Positions 27,121-39,834 are shown, counted from the stretch's first letter. The stretch is DNA of 64,000 bases from Octopus sinensis (GCF_006345805.1 NC_043006.1:90396001-90460000); one strand, 5' to 3'. Notes: generated by a model from the letters alone, not told the origin. Numbers and translations: made by a program.

Positions 27121-28444
27121 GTGTGATATTTGAGAGAGTTTCAAATTCTGCTAGGGGATGTATATCACTCATCTTTACTGATGTTGGGAGTAGGGACATA
27201 CAACATGAAGTTGGGGTGCTACCAAGGCAAATGGGAAATAATTTGATTTTTCGGTACAGAACGGCACCTCAGTTGCAGCTACATGAAACTGAAGAATAGG
27301 ATATTCTCATTATCATTTTAATGTCTACTTTCACATACTTGTATGGGTCTGATAGTGTTAATAGAGGCCAATTTTCTAAGGTCACTTGCCCTACTTGTCA
27401 CCAACCCTCACCTGTTCGCAAGCAAAGTAATAACTCCTCATGGCCAGACATAATTATATAGAATACTGGAAATAAATGACACTGCTCGTACAACAATGTC
27501 ACTTGTTCACAGCAACCATACAATACCAAGGCAAAGAGACACATACACACACACACGCACACACACACACACACTCATATTCTTTCAGGTTCCAACTACC
27601 AAATCCACTTGCAAGACTTTGTTCAGGCCAGGGCTTTAGTGGAAGACACATACCTAATGTGCCATGCAGTGGGAATGAACCTGTGTGGTTGGGAAGTAAA
27701 CTTTGTCCTGTCCAGATATAAACTACAAATAAATATGTTATGGTCGGATTGTTAGAGTCACTCCAAGCACTTGTTGTACTTGATACCAGATCTGCCTGTT
27801 TAATCAAATGTGACAAAGAAGATAGTCCCTTTGATGCTCCATACTATCTGACAGTAGATGACTATCAATATTAACCCTCACTGATGATTGTAACATGTTA
27901 ATCACATGCAATACATTCTTACAAGCTTTTCCTATTGGCCACTAAAAATAATGTGTGTATTACATCATATGAAATGTGGAGAATTCCAGAAAGGACCCCG
28001 CTTTCAAAAAGGAGTCAGCTTGGTTCCCCTGTCTCAAGGGCACCTACATGGAACTGGATATATTCAGCTTGCCACAAAGTAAGGGTTAACCAGCTCCTGC
28101 GAGACCCATGTCCCATCACATAAAAACTGATTAGGGAAAGTAGAACTAGAAAAGAGACTGCAAAGCACCATTTCTGTTGCTTTAACACTTCTGCCTTCAA
28201 CTGGTTGTTTGTTTATCAACCCTAGAAAGATGAATGACTAATTTAACCTTGATTTGATCTCAAAAAGATTTGAACTCAAAGCTCAGAGATCCAGAACAAA
28301 TACTCTCAGACTTTCTATCCACTTCTGTAATGACTCTTCCAGTTTGCCATATTTTGATTCCTAGCTCAAGTGTTGACTGCTTCGTTGCTGTAGCTTGAGA
28401 TGAAGGTCTATACAATGCTAAGGCTGAGGAGTCAAAGCTAATCA

Positions 28445-28640
28445 CCATCATCATCATTGTTTAACGTCCATTTTCCATGCTGGCATGGGTTTGACGGTTT
28501 GACTGAGGACTGGCAAGCCAGCAGCTGCACCAGTCTCCAGTCTGATCTGGCAATGTTTCTACAGCTGGATGTCCTTCCTAATGCCAACCACTCCGAGAGT
28601 GTAGTGGGTGCTTTTTATGTGCCACTGGCACGGGGGCAGA
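28445..28640 (-). mobile_element. RTE 3' end with (ATG)n tail
   Basis: catcatcattgtttaacgtccattttccatgctggcatggg, near-identical to 40737-40930. Confidence 0.85.
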
Positions 28641-29083
28641 CAGGTAAGAATTGATGTTGAAAATATCCTCAACTAACAAAGCATTCTTTAGGTAAATAGC
28701 TACAGGCATGGCTGAGTAGTTAACAAGTTTGGTTTGCAGCCTCTTAGATCTAGATTCAATCCTTCTCCACAACACCTTGGATCTTCTGTGATTGCCTTGG
28801 GCTAACCAATTGTATCTAGAATTTAGTTGAAGGAAACTGTGCTAAAGCTTGTTGCATATATGAACGTGTGTGTCCATTGGTTATGATTGGATGCTTTAGA
28901 AGTTCAGTTTGAATCACATTCTTCTGAATTTCTATTTTACTGCAAAGAACTGAGTCTTCTAAAGTCTTTGCTTGACAAATAGTTTGTGAGTAGAATTTGA
29001 TAGACTTGAAGTAAGCTGATGCATAATGTATCAATATATATATGTGTGCAGGAGTGGCTGTGTGGTAAGTATCAATATATATT

Positions 29084-29470
29084 AGGCGCAGTAGTGGCTG
29101 TGTGGTAAGTAGCTTGCTAACCAACCACATGGTTCCGGGTTCAGTCCCACTGCGTGGCATCTTGGGCAAGTGTCTTCTGCTATAGCCCCGGGCCGACCAA
29201 TGCCTTGTGAGTAGATTTGGTAGATGGAAACTGAAAGAAGCCTGTCGTATATATGTATATGTATGTATGTGTGTGTCTGTGTTTGTCCCCCTAGCATTGC
29301 TTGACAACCGATGCTGGTGTGTTTACGTCCCCGTCACTTAGCAGTTTGGCAAAAGAGACCAATAGAATAAGTACTGGGCTTACAAAGAATAAGTCCCGGG
29401 GTCGATTTGCCCGACTAAAGGCGGTGCTCCAGCATGGCTGCAGTCAAATGACTGAAACAAGTAAAAGAGT
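29084..29470 (+). mobile_element. SINE family A, young full-length copy
   Basis: tRNA-like head (A box TGGCTGTGTGG, B box GGTTCAGTCCC), central (TA/TG) stretch, GTAAAAGAG end; about 96% identical to 53321-53731 over the head by eye. Confidence 0.95.
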
Positions 29471-31069
29471 GCCCTCATCTTTTGTTTAATGTTGCATTTT
29501 TCTGTGTCCTGTAACTTATCAGCTTGACAAATAGAGAATGATGAAATAAAGTACTGAGTAGCTGGTCAAATGCCCAAGCATAGCCACAATCCAATGACTA
29601 GAAGAAAAAAAAATTTTAAAAAAACATCCACAGTTCCTTAACCAGGTTCTGTAAAAGTGTGTAGCCTAATGGTTTTCGGATTGTAGGGTCATGAGACGAA
29701 TGTCTGCATTGAGTGGTATGTTGTTTTGTCTTTGAGTAAGGTGCTTCGTTTTAACATTGTTCCAATCTTCTCAGCTGAAAATGAGTGCTGGTGCAACCGT
29801 TCCTCTCACTCTTCATCTGTCACATCTTTGATATTCCCTTGGTTCAAGAGCCAAGAGGCCTTTGTGTCTGTTCACAGCTACATTTCTGCCTAAATCAGTG
29901 AGTAAAATCACAGCACATGCTACCAGACCATACTTGCTTATGAGTGACAACTATAGTTTTATAGACAAACATATGCATGGATATCAATGGAAAGTGCTAA
30001 ACTTACTAATACATCCACCGATTCTTTACATAAATAATCTCATTGTTTTAAATGACACTGTAAATATATATTTAAGTCCTAATTCCTAAGACAGCAATTT
30101 TCAACATGGAGATGAAGTTGTGGAAGATACATGGCTAATCAAATGTCAAAGTTCAACACAAACCAACATAAAAGCTTTAAATGTCAAGTAATGTTTTATT
30201 ATGTACAGGCTGTTTGGTAGCTTAGTTGTGTATTTTTACCAAGACGACCTTGTCCTTTCTGCATGGTTAAGTGGGGAGGTAGGCTTTAGATGTCCCAAAT
30301 GCATGTCATGAGTTAGAATAGGGTCAGCGGTCATGATTGAGGTCAACCGTCCAGGGCTTTTATCATTCATTTGAAGTTGTATTCTGTTTGAAATCCTGTT
30401 CATTGATACTCAAAGAATATAAACAGAAGGAATTCTAGTGAACTTCAGTTTCAATTGGGTGCAGTATTCCATGTTGACAAAGTTGAAATGAAAAGTGATG
30501 GAGGAGAAGATTCCTCACGAGAATCGAAATGAAGGCAGTTTTTGATTTAGAGAAACAGAAACTGGCATAAAAGGGGGAAAAGCAATAATGTCTGCAAGCC
30601 AGAGGTGAATGGATTTTTGGCAATCATCAGAATGGCCTGCTTTTCTGTGCATGTCTTCTACATTTCAGAGATAAGAACTACGTCTCTTCTCTGGTACTTT
30701 TGTGTCTAAAAGACAGGTTTATAAAGATGCACGAATTAAAATATTAACAGGAAAAGAAAACAGGTTCATGTTTGGTTGTGTGGTTAAGAGACTTGCATTG
30801 CAACCACATGATTTTGGGTTTCAATCCCACAGCACAGCATCTTGTCTTTTTAAGGCCCTGGTCAAACAATGCCTTCTGAGAGGATTTGCTCCATAGAAAC
30901 TACATGAAAGTCTGTTGTATATGTATATATATGTGTGTGTGAGCGTGTGTTTGTTTGTTCCACTACCACTTGACAACTAGTGCTGGTTTGTTTACATCCC
31001 TATAACTTGGCAATTCATAAAAAGCATCTGATAAAATGAGCAATAAACTTTTGATAAAATAAATACTGG

Positions 31070-31202
31070 ACATTACATTATTTATATTGGATGAATATAT
31101 GTCCTCATCTTGTGTGCTACCATGGGCATATAGTGTAGTGGTTAAGTGTGCAGGCTACTAACCCCAAGAATGCGAGTTCAATTCCAGGCAGTGCCTTGAA
31201 TA

Positions 31203-31234
<32 letters not shown>

Positions 31235-31431
31235 CAACATCATCAAAAAAAATATACCTTAGGAATGAGAACCCAGGGTTGGGTTCAAAATTCTACCAGG
31301 TCACCTGATGAAGGCTGGAGAGTAAACCAGCCGAAACGTTGTGGTAACAACAAACAAGATGAGGACAAATATCCGTCCATTGTAAATAATGTAAATAATG
31401 TGCAGAATTCCTCATCTCTAAAATATAGAAG
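31070..31431 (+). mobile_element. Composite tRNA-head + (TAA)n + Penelope-type terminus element, copy 1
   Basis: A box 31131-31141, B box 31174-31185, hammerhead core 31305-31340, 5' inverted copy of its own 3' end (31074-31112), 14-bp TSD aaaataaatactgg (31056-31069 and 31432-31445). Confidence 0.8.
31300..31345 (+). ncRNA. Minimal type I hammerhead ribozyme motif
   Basis: gtcac-CTGATGA-a-ggctgg(agagtaaa)ccagcc-GAAA-cgtt-gtggt: both core boxes, 6-bp stem II, palindromic AACGTT stem III. Confidence 0.65.
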
Positions 31432-32521
31432 AAAATAAATACTGGGTTAATTTGTTTGACTTAATCCTTCGAGGTGATGCTCCAGAATGGCAGCAGTCTA
31501 ATGGCTGAAGCCTGTAAAAGATAAATGCTTATAGGTTGGCTCCAGCTGGGCTAAATTGTGGTTATGTAACAACAACAGAGGAGAGAGTCTATGCAGTCTA
31601 CTGAAAATGATAGCCAAATGGTCCTCAAATGACACCCGACTCTCTTGGAAAACGATTGGTGTATAGTCACTAATGTACTTGGAAATATGTAATTCTTATG
31701 AGAAGGACAGGGTTGCCATGGTTGGATAGAATTTGACTGTAAGTTTAGTCATTCAAGGTTGACCTGGGGTTAAAAAACAACCACCACACAATCAATGAAT
31801 CCCCTTCCCCATTCAACCAGATGTTGAGTTGGTTTGTAACTACAAATTACTTGATTGTCTATCCACATGAAATAATTAGGCTTAATTAGAACTCTTCAGT
31901 TTATCAACATTTTTTCTACTAATAAGCAACGAGGTTTCTATACACCAATCTCTGTCATAAAAGAAGAAATGATGCTAAATATAGTGAAGCTGTAATTAAA
32001 CGTTGGTGTTAATTACAGCAATCACCACCCCTGTCATCATAGTCTATAAGGGAGATGTGAGAGAATCTTGAGGAATGGTTAAATGATAATTCTTTTTCAA
32101 AACAGACACAAAGCAGCAAATTCTTTTGTTAGTGGGGGATGGGTTAGTCATTTCCATTGGCTTGTATTTTATTTCACTGACCCTGGGAAAGTGACCTGGG
32201 TAGGATTTGAACTCATAATGCAAAGACCCAGAACAAATACCACATCCTCTTCACTGATACTCTAGCAATACTCCCAGTTTACTATTCTTGATCTTATTTC
32301 AGTCATCAGACTGTGGTCATGCTGGGGCACCACCTTGAAGAATTATAATTGAATGAACAGACCTCACTACATAGTGTTTCCTTTTTTTTAAGTGTAATAC
32401 TTATTCTGTTGGTTTCTTTTGCTGAACCTCTAAGCTATGGAAATGTAAACACACCAATGCCAGTTGTCAAGTGGTGGAGGTGGACAAACTCACACACATA
32501 CACACACACACACATGATATG

Positions 32522-32667
32522 CTTTTTACATTATTTACATTTGATGGATATTTGTCCTCATCTTATTTGTTGTTAACACAACATTTCGGATGATATAACC
32601 TCCAACCTTCATCAGGTGTCTTGGGGTAATTTTGAACCTGGGTTCTCATTCCTAAGGCATTTTTCGA

Positions 32668-32717
<50 letters not shown>

Positions 32718-32845
32718 TCACTGCCTGGAATCGAACTCAGAATCTTGGGGTTATTAGCCTGCACTCTTAACCTCTACGCTGTGGGCATATATCTGTCAAA
32801 TGTAAATAATGTACATAATTCCTCATCTCTTAAATATAGAACTGT
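32522..32845 (-). mobile_element. Composite tRNA-head + (TAA)n + Penelope-type terminus element, copy 2
   Basis: Reverse complement of 31124-31390; B box 32727-32738, A box 32771-32781, degenerate hammerhead (ctgatga...ccgaaat) about 32575-32620, opposite-orientation copy of the 3' end at 32790-32845. Confidence 0.8.
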
Positions 32846-32976
32846 AGGCGTTTTTCAGTTTCCAGCTACCAAATCCATTCACAGGGCTTTGGTCAGCCAG
32901 AGGTTATATCTGGAGATATTTGCCCAAGATGTCGTACAATAACACTGAACCCGTAACCATGGGGTTTGGAAGCAAG

Positions 32977-34373
32977 ATTCTTTATTTCAATATTTTGCCA
33001 TAAAGGCATTACACAGAGGGGTACACTACAACACATGTAGGGACATATAAACAATTAAAAATAAAAAAATTAAATGTGATATAATGAATGATACATGAAC
33101 AACAAATCAAAATATAAGCTGAATGATATCTGAAAATGATATTATGAAGAATGTGCTACTCACCCCCACACTGAGTAACACTACTCCCTTCCTCTGGGTC
33201 CTAAGTCCTTTTTCTCCTTCAGTCCCTTTTCTTCCTTTTTCCCCTTTCTCCATCACTTAGTGACAACATCCCCCCCCACCAGGCATCCGTAACCTTTTTC
33301 ACGGGGGGGGGGGTCAGTATAGGGAGGGTAGGTCTGAGTAGCCTTGGATGGGATGGAGTTGGACTGGGGTACCACATCATACTCTTTTCTTTTTTTCCTT
33401 TTTCTCCTTCTGCTCTCTGTAACTTTCCATTCTTCTTCCTTTTCCTCCTTTCCTCAGTCTGTCTTTTCTTCCTCTTTTTTCTCTTCTGTCTCCACAACTG
33501 TTTCCTCAGCCATTGTCCTCTGTAGAGGGCAGTATGCTCTAATGTGGCCCTTTTGGCCACATTTAAAACAACGTGATACTCTGCCCTCTACCCACACCCT
33601 CAGCACGATTTCCCCCAACGTCACTGTCTCTGCCAAGTTCTCCAATTGACTCTCCTCCACCTGAATAATTAGTTGAAGTGTCCTTCCTTTCCACCCTCCT
33701 TCTTCCATTTCTGTGGCTTGGAGGACCTTCTCCTCGCTTCCAACAAGGACAGCTGCTGCTACCCAAGCCACTTCTATATCTGGTGGAATTGCTTCTACCC
33801 TCACCTTGGAAGTCTTTCTTCCAAGATACGTGGGCAGAAGCACTATTTCCTCTGTCCTCACCACTACACTCGCCAGCCTCCTCGCCTCTTCCACTGTCCT
33901 AAGCTGGACAACCACCGTCCCGTCTTTATTTACTTCCTCTTGTTATATATGCAATTTGGCTTGATTGTTCCCTCAGTGCCTTTTTCTATTTTTGCTGCTT
34001 CCACCTGTTCAAACTTCTTATACTCCAAGGAGTGTACTTTTTAGGTGATGGTCTTCTTTTCCATGTTCTCCATAATTCTTTTAGGCAGCGACAACTTCAC
34101 GTCGCCTCCCACCTTCATCCTCTTGCCATACTTCTTCAATTTGGCTAGGTCCACTTCCCTTCTCTTAACCTCCACAGCCTCAGCAAAACTCCTTGTTTTT
34201 TCCAATATTTTATCCATTTTTTCCACCGCCCTCACGAGCTCCTCCTCTGTTGAAGACAACTCACACCCACTAAAGTCTGACTACATTGTCTCTATCCTCA
34301 AAGCAGCAACAAAAACCAACGTCCGACACAAACAACAAACCAAATGCACTCTGGGTGACACATGCACAGGGAC
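32977..34373 (-). mobile_element. ORF1-only non-LTR retroelement (Tx1/L1-type ORF1 with RRM-like region and CCHC knuckle), 1397 bp
   Basis: ATG at 34286 followed by TAG; broken ORF containing KVRVEAIPPDI and CFKCGQKGHIRAYCP; 3' end AATAAAGAAT; GCAAG duplicated at 32972-32976 and 34374-34378; no EN/RT inside. Confidence 0.8.
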
Positions 34374-34409
34374 GCAAGCTTCTTACCATGCAGTCACATC
34401 TACACCTAT

Positions 34410-34611
34410 TATTCTTTTACTTTTTTCAGTCATTTGACTGAGGCCATGCTGGAGCAAAAAAAGTTGTCCCCAGGACTTATTCTTTGTAAACCTAGTACTT
34501 ATTCTGTTGGTCTCTATTGCTGAACCGCTAAGTTACAGGGACATAAACACACTAGCATTGGTTGTCATGCGATGTTGGAGGGGGGGGGGGCAAACACAGA
34601 CACAAACATGT

Positions 34612-34644
<33 letters not shown>

Positions 34645-35020
34645 CATACACACATCGCTAGCCACTAAACCTTTTTCTATTTTCTCTCCCTGTTTATTTC
34701 TGTGTTCCTTTCTATCAAAGAGTGTAGGCTCAAAACATAAAAGACTTTCTCACTTCCCAAGTGTTAAACTAATACATCTGTTTGTTGTTTACATACCCAT
34801 CTTCATCTTTTGTGTTTTTGTAAATCCTCACTCTCTCTCTCTCTATATATATATATACACAATGGGCTTTCAGTTTCCATCTACCAAATCCACTCACAAG
34901 GCTTTGGTCTGCCCAAGGCTATAGTAGAAGACACTTTCCCAAGGTTCCACACAATGGGACTGAACCCGGAATCATGTGGTTGGTAAGCAAGCTACTTACC
35001 ATGCAGCCACTCCTGCTCCT
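34410..35020 (-). mobile_element. SINE family A copy with an internal insertion
   Basis: 3' part at 34410-34650 and head at 34860-35020. Confidence 0.8.
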
Positions 35021-36458
35021 ATTGTGAACAAATATATAATAATTGATTCTGACTTCAGTAAGCTTTGGGGGGAGGGGGTTTCTTGGTAGCATTGGCTCTG
35101 GTTCTAAACTACCAACTTATTACAGCCATCCCTGATGGATGAAATGCCTGATTGGATTAGAACTCAGAACATAAGAGTTGGACAAAAAATTGCAAGGCAT
35201 TTATTTTGTTTCATGTCTCATTCTGTCCACTCATCATCATTATCATCATCATCATCATCATGGTTGTTTTATTATTCACGTTTTCACACTTGCATGCATT
35301 TGATAGAATATGTTGAGGCAGTTTTTCTGTAGCCAGATGCCCTTTCTGTTGCCAACACTTGTCTGTTTCTAAGGAATGTAATATTACTCCTTGGCTGGAC
35401 ATGTATTCTTGGAAGACATTGGTTGTGTGATGATGTTGCTCATTCACAGTTATCATGTGATGTGAAGACAAGAAGACACAGTAACACAAAACACACTCAT
35501 GTAAATAATTATATATATTTCTATAAATAATCATCAGTGACTGAAGCAGTATTAAGCAGAAAAGGCAATCGTTACGTCCCATGATACATGAAAGCAAACA
35601 TATTTGTATCATTGGCAGATAAGAATCACCTTCTACAGGTGTCAAAACTGCATTTCTTCAGTACAGCCACTGGTATGTTGCTTGTGAACGGCTTTAACTG
35701 AAGAGGTGCAGTACATTGAAATTATGTGATCAAGCAGTTCTGGTGTCCATGGCAGATGATTCTCATCTGATAACGCTATAATTATGTATGCTTTTGAGCA
35801 CCATGCATCCATTTCAAAGGTCCTCTCAAGGTGAATACCACAATATTTGGCATTCTAACAAAACATTCATGTGAAGCTTGACACAAAGATTACCTTTTGT
35901 GGTGTGTGTGTGTGTGTGTGTTGACACAGCAAGAAAAAATGCAAAACACAAATAAGAAACTGTTGTCTGTCTCTCTTTAATAACCCAGAATCTTGGTGCA
36001 GGATCTCGTTCATTTAAGTCTGCTGACAATTACTTACTCAAAAATTACAGAGAAAAAAGGAAAACGATTTTCATATTGCAATACAATAAAGATTGCAAAT
36101 TTTCTCCTAAATTCAATATTTAATTTTGAATAATAGCTCTGTAATTGAAGAACGATATTCATGATAACGGTGAAGCCACATATAGGAAATATATTGAGTT
36201 GAGTTCAAGTGTCAAAGAAATATAAATTTCTAATTTCATAAAGTAGAAAAACATTAACATCTGAGAAATTAAACGAACTTGGTAGACTCAAAGAATTATT
36301 TTGATAATGTGTAGGTTTTGTTGTAATATGTTTTTGTGGTTTTTGTTGTAACATATTTTTTATTTCTGGAAAATTTAACTTTCTATGATACATATTTATA
36401 TATATATACCTATCTATCTATCTATATAACTATACACACGTGTCTATACCTCTCTACC

Positions 36459-36502
<44 letters not shown>

Positions 36503-36673
36503 GAGGCATATCTATATCTATTAGTATGTATATATATATAACACATTATGTTGTTGATAAGTTTGCCTCTCAACCTCCATCTGTGGAGCATCTTGGGTGA
36601 TTGCCTTCTATTATGGTGTCAGGCAAACCAAAGTTTTGTAAGTAGATTTGGTAAACAGAAACTGAAAGAAGCT

Positions 36674-36721
<48 letters not shown>

Positions 36722-37135
36722 ATATACACATTCTAAATTTCACCTGTCTCTCAACTTGCCTGAAGGTCCTGTGTGCTGACAGGTGAAACTCTGAATAGCA
36801 AGAGGCTGACTCAAACAAAATAGAATAGATCTCTGTTATGGTATTGAGTATACTTTTTGCTGCCAGTCAATACCGTGTGTGTTCTTTATGTGTGTATCTG
36901 AGAGTTTGTGTCCCTTCGGTTGACATTATGCGATAATTGTAAAATGAGTATCACCATAATACAAACAATGTCTTTGGTGAAATCATGTGAAGCTATGGGA
37001 ACCATAATCTTGCTCCGAAACTGGTGAAGGTTGGTAGCTGGAAGGATGTCTGCCTGCAAAAGAATCTGCCTTAATGAATTCCATCTGAGCCATGCAAAAA
37101 GGGGGAAGTAGACATTAAAACGATGATATAGGCAC

Positions 37136-37168
<33 letters not shown>

Positions 37169-37193
37169 TGCACACATACACACACATGCATGT

Positions 37194-37233
<40 letters not shown>

Positions 37234-37557
37234 AATCATTTCTGTTGATTCACCAAGAAGCAAGAAATCACAGAACTCAGAACATAAATATAGAGATTTA
37301 TTCATTAATGCATTCTAATAGAAAGGCTCATAAGTGACAGTATTTAGAGTTTCATGTCATTCGCTCTTTCATCTCGAAACCCAAACCGGTTCTTCTCTTG
37401 AATTGTTTGAATATATTTTCAAATATCATAAAAGTGCTTTCAAGAAAATGTTTATCTTTTATTTTTATGTTTAAAAAACAAAAAAAAAAAAAACCACATG
37501 TGAGCATGCGTATGTAAAAACACCTGTTTCAAGCTCCAATCTGTTGTTTCATTATTG

Positions 37558-37571
37558 GTTGCCATGGAAAT
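37558..37571 (+). promoter_or_regulatory. Candidate RFX X-box with flanking CCAAT motifs
   Basis: GTTGCCATGGAAAT (13/14 match to GTTGCCATGGAAAC); CCAAT at about 37536 and ATTGG immediately 5' of and overlapping the X-box start; non-repeat context. Confidence 0.4.
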
Positions 37572-37888
37572 ACTCCAGACATTCTTTTTCTTAAATTATT
37601 GTATTTGTCTTTGAAACACCATTCAAGAGAAGTGATTCTAAGAACCACCTTCATCTGGAATTATGTTGTTTTAAGCAATATTCGAAAAACAGTTAAAAAG
37701 GTTTCCTGTTTATATTCCACCCAACGCAAGAGATTTTGTTTTTTATTGAATAAATGTTTCTGTTAAGTCTTTTGAATTTTTTTTTTATCACTTTGAGTAG
37801 AAACAGTTCTACAGAACCATCTGAGTACTTTTTTCAATTCTTGTCATTTAAGCAATAAGATTCAAAACTAGAATCTTATTGCTTTACA

Positions 37889-37923
<35 letters not shown>

Positions 37924-39834
37924 AGGCTGGCGCTTAAACCAATTTTCACAATGCATAATAAGTGTTTTAAACTACATTGCACAGCTGTTGTTGGACTTCA
38001 TTTACAGCTGAGTGGACTGGGCCCAAGGAGAAATGGTGTGCTTTCTCAGATTTGTATGGCCCAGTCACGTTCATCCATTGTCATTCAAATGTAATCCTTT
38101 ATTGACTAGCTTGAGCAATGGACAGTATCGTGTGTTCATGTAGACCTAGACATTGAACGTTTTTTATTGGATGTCTAACCCAAGAACACTTCTGATCCAG
38201 GAATTGAAACTCTGATCTTACTTGTGTGAGTGCAACACCTTAACCACATGGCCACATGGTAACCTTCACATTGCAACTCTTTCCCCTCGTTCTTTCCTCC
38301 TCCTCTATCACTACCAGGAAAAACAAAACGAAAAAAACAACAACAAAAGAATTCAACTCTGCCTGGAACTGGAGAGAATGAGTTCCAACTAGTTTGAAAT
38401 AGCCAAACTATATCACGTGTTACAATAACTCTTCCACTACAGTCTCAGGGGTTGAGGTTCTGTTACCAAACGGAAGAAAAGAAGGACTTGCATAGGAGGG
38501 AGAGTTTGTAGCTTATCATTGATAATTCATTTGTAAAACACAACTGAGAACATATTTATAAAATAAAAATGCAAAAGAAAAAAAATCACTGATTTGGTTA
38601 TTTCCACCTGCAGAGTTAAATGTGCAGGTAAGAATACACAATAGAGATTACCATTTCCAGTGCTGTTATCTGGTTGAACTTTCTCAGATTTGTATGGCCC
38701 AGTCACATTTATCCATTGTCATTCAAATGTAATCCTTTATTGACTAGCTTGAGCAATGGACAGTATCGTGTGTTCATGTAGACCTAGACATTGAACGTTT
38801 TTTATTGGATGTCTAACCCAAGTGCGTCCTTGCCAGGGTGTCCATAGCATCCATTATTTTTTACTTCATTAATATTCTGTATAGCAAGTTAGTTATTACA
38901 ATACCAACAGACAACAAGGAAAGCTATACTACCACTGATGACGTTTCATAAGGTAAAACCTTTCAAAGTTATCTCCCTTGCTCACTCTGCCAAAGAATAA
39001 TCTTAGCTAACAGTTAATATCTTTTTTCCTAATTACTGCATTTTATCCCTCCTGGGGTTGTAAATATTTAGAAATAAGTAAAAAAAAAAATGTTCAGTTT
39101 TTTTAGATATTTTCTGACATTGAAAAATAGCTCTATCTCTTTCTTAAAGTGAAATCTTATGATTATAATGTTTCGTCTCACAATCTGTTCTCATTGCATC
39201 TTCAAAATAACAAATGACTCTCTAAAAGCCTACTTCCCCATCTGTACAAGCACACACGCACATACCTTAGCCATGCTTGATGCAATAGGTTTGCAGCCAA
39301 ATATGTTATCTTGTCAATTCATGTTTTTTTTTATTTATCTATTTGTTAGTTGATTTTCTTTTCAGGTTTTTTTGTTTATTTATTTGTTTCCTTTATCCAA
39401 TAAATCATTACCATCTTATTTATTCAAGATGTTGCATGTCCAACCCACAGGATCCCATTTCGGAAAGAACTCCCTTTGTTATTAACATGAACACAGTTTC
39501 TCTGAACTTCTTTGGCAAACTTTTCTCCTGCTGCTGTGTTGCAGCATTGATTTTACCTCCTGGATAACACAATATGATATCTGCTACACCTAATTTCCTT
39601 TTTTGCTGCAAGTCTATTTCTTCACCTACGAATTTGCTTGCACATTTTTCTGTAGATTTTAAAACAAATTCCCAAAGTGTGCAATCAGCTTGCACTTTCT
39701 ACTCATGCTTTTCAAAACCAATAGGTGCACTTGAAGAGCAACTGTTTCTCTTTGACTAAAACCATTTCGTCTGGTTCCTTTCCGAATGGCACTATGCTGT
39801 GTGGTTATCCAGAAATAGACTTGACTGTAGGACA

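Larger units (their letters stand above)
32290..34405 (-). mobile_element. SINE family A copy split by two nested insertions
   Basis: Consecutive SINE parts at 32290-32520, 32846-32976 and 34374-34405 remain colinear. Confidence 0.8.

Noticed and set aside
27935-28123. Short ORF ending near a GTAAGG donor
   Set aside because: No good acceptor, several frames open, no recognisable homology
35630-35860. Small exon or 70-codon minus-strand frame
   Set aside because: Weak signals; plus strand loosely resembles an RTE C-terminus
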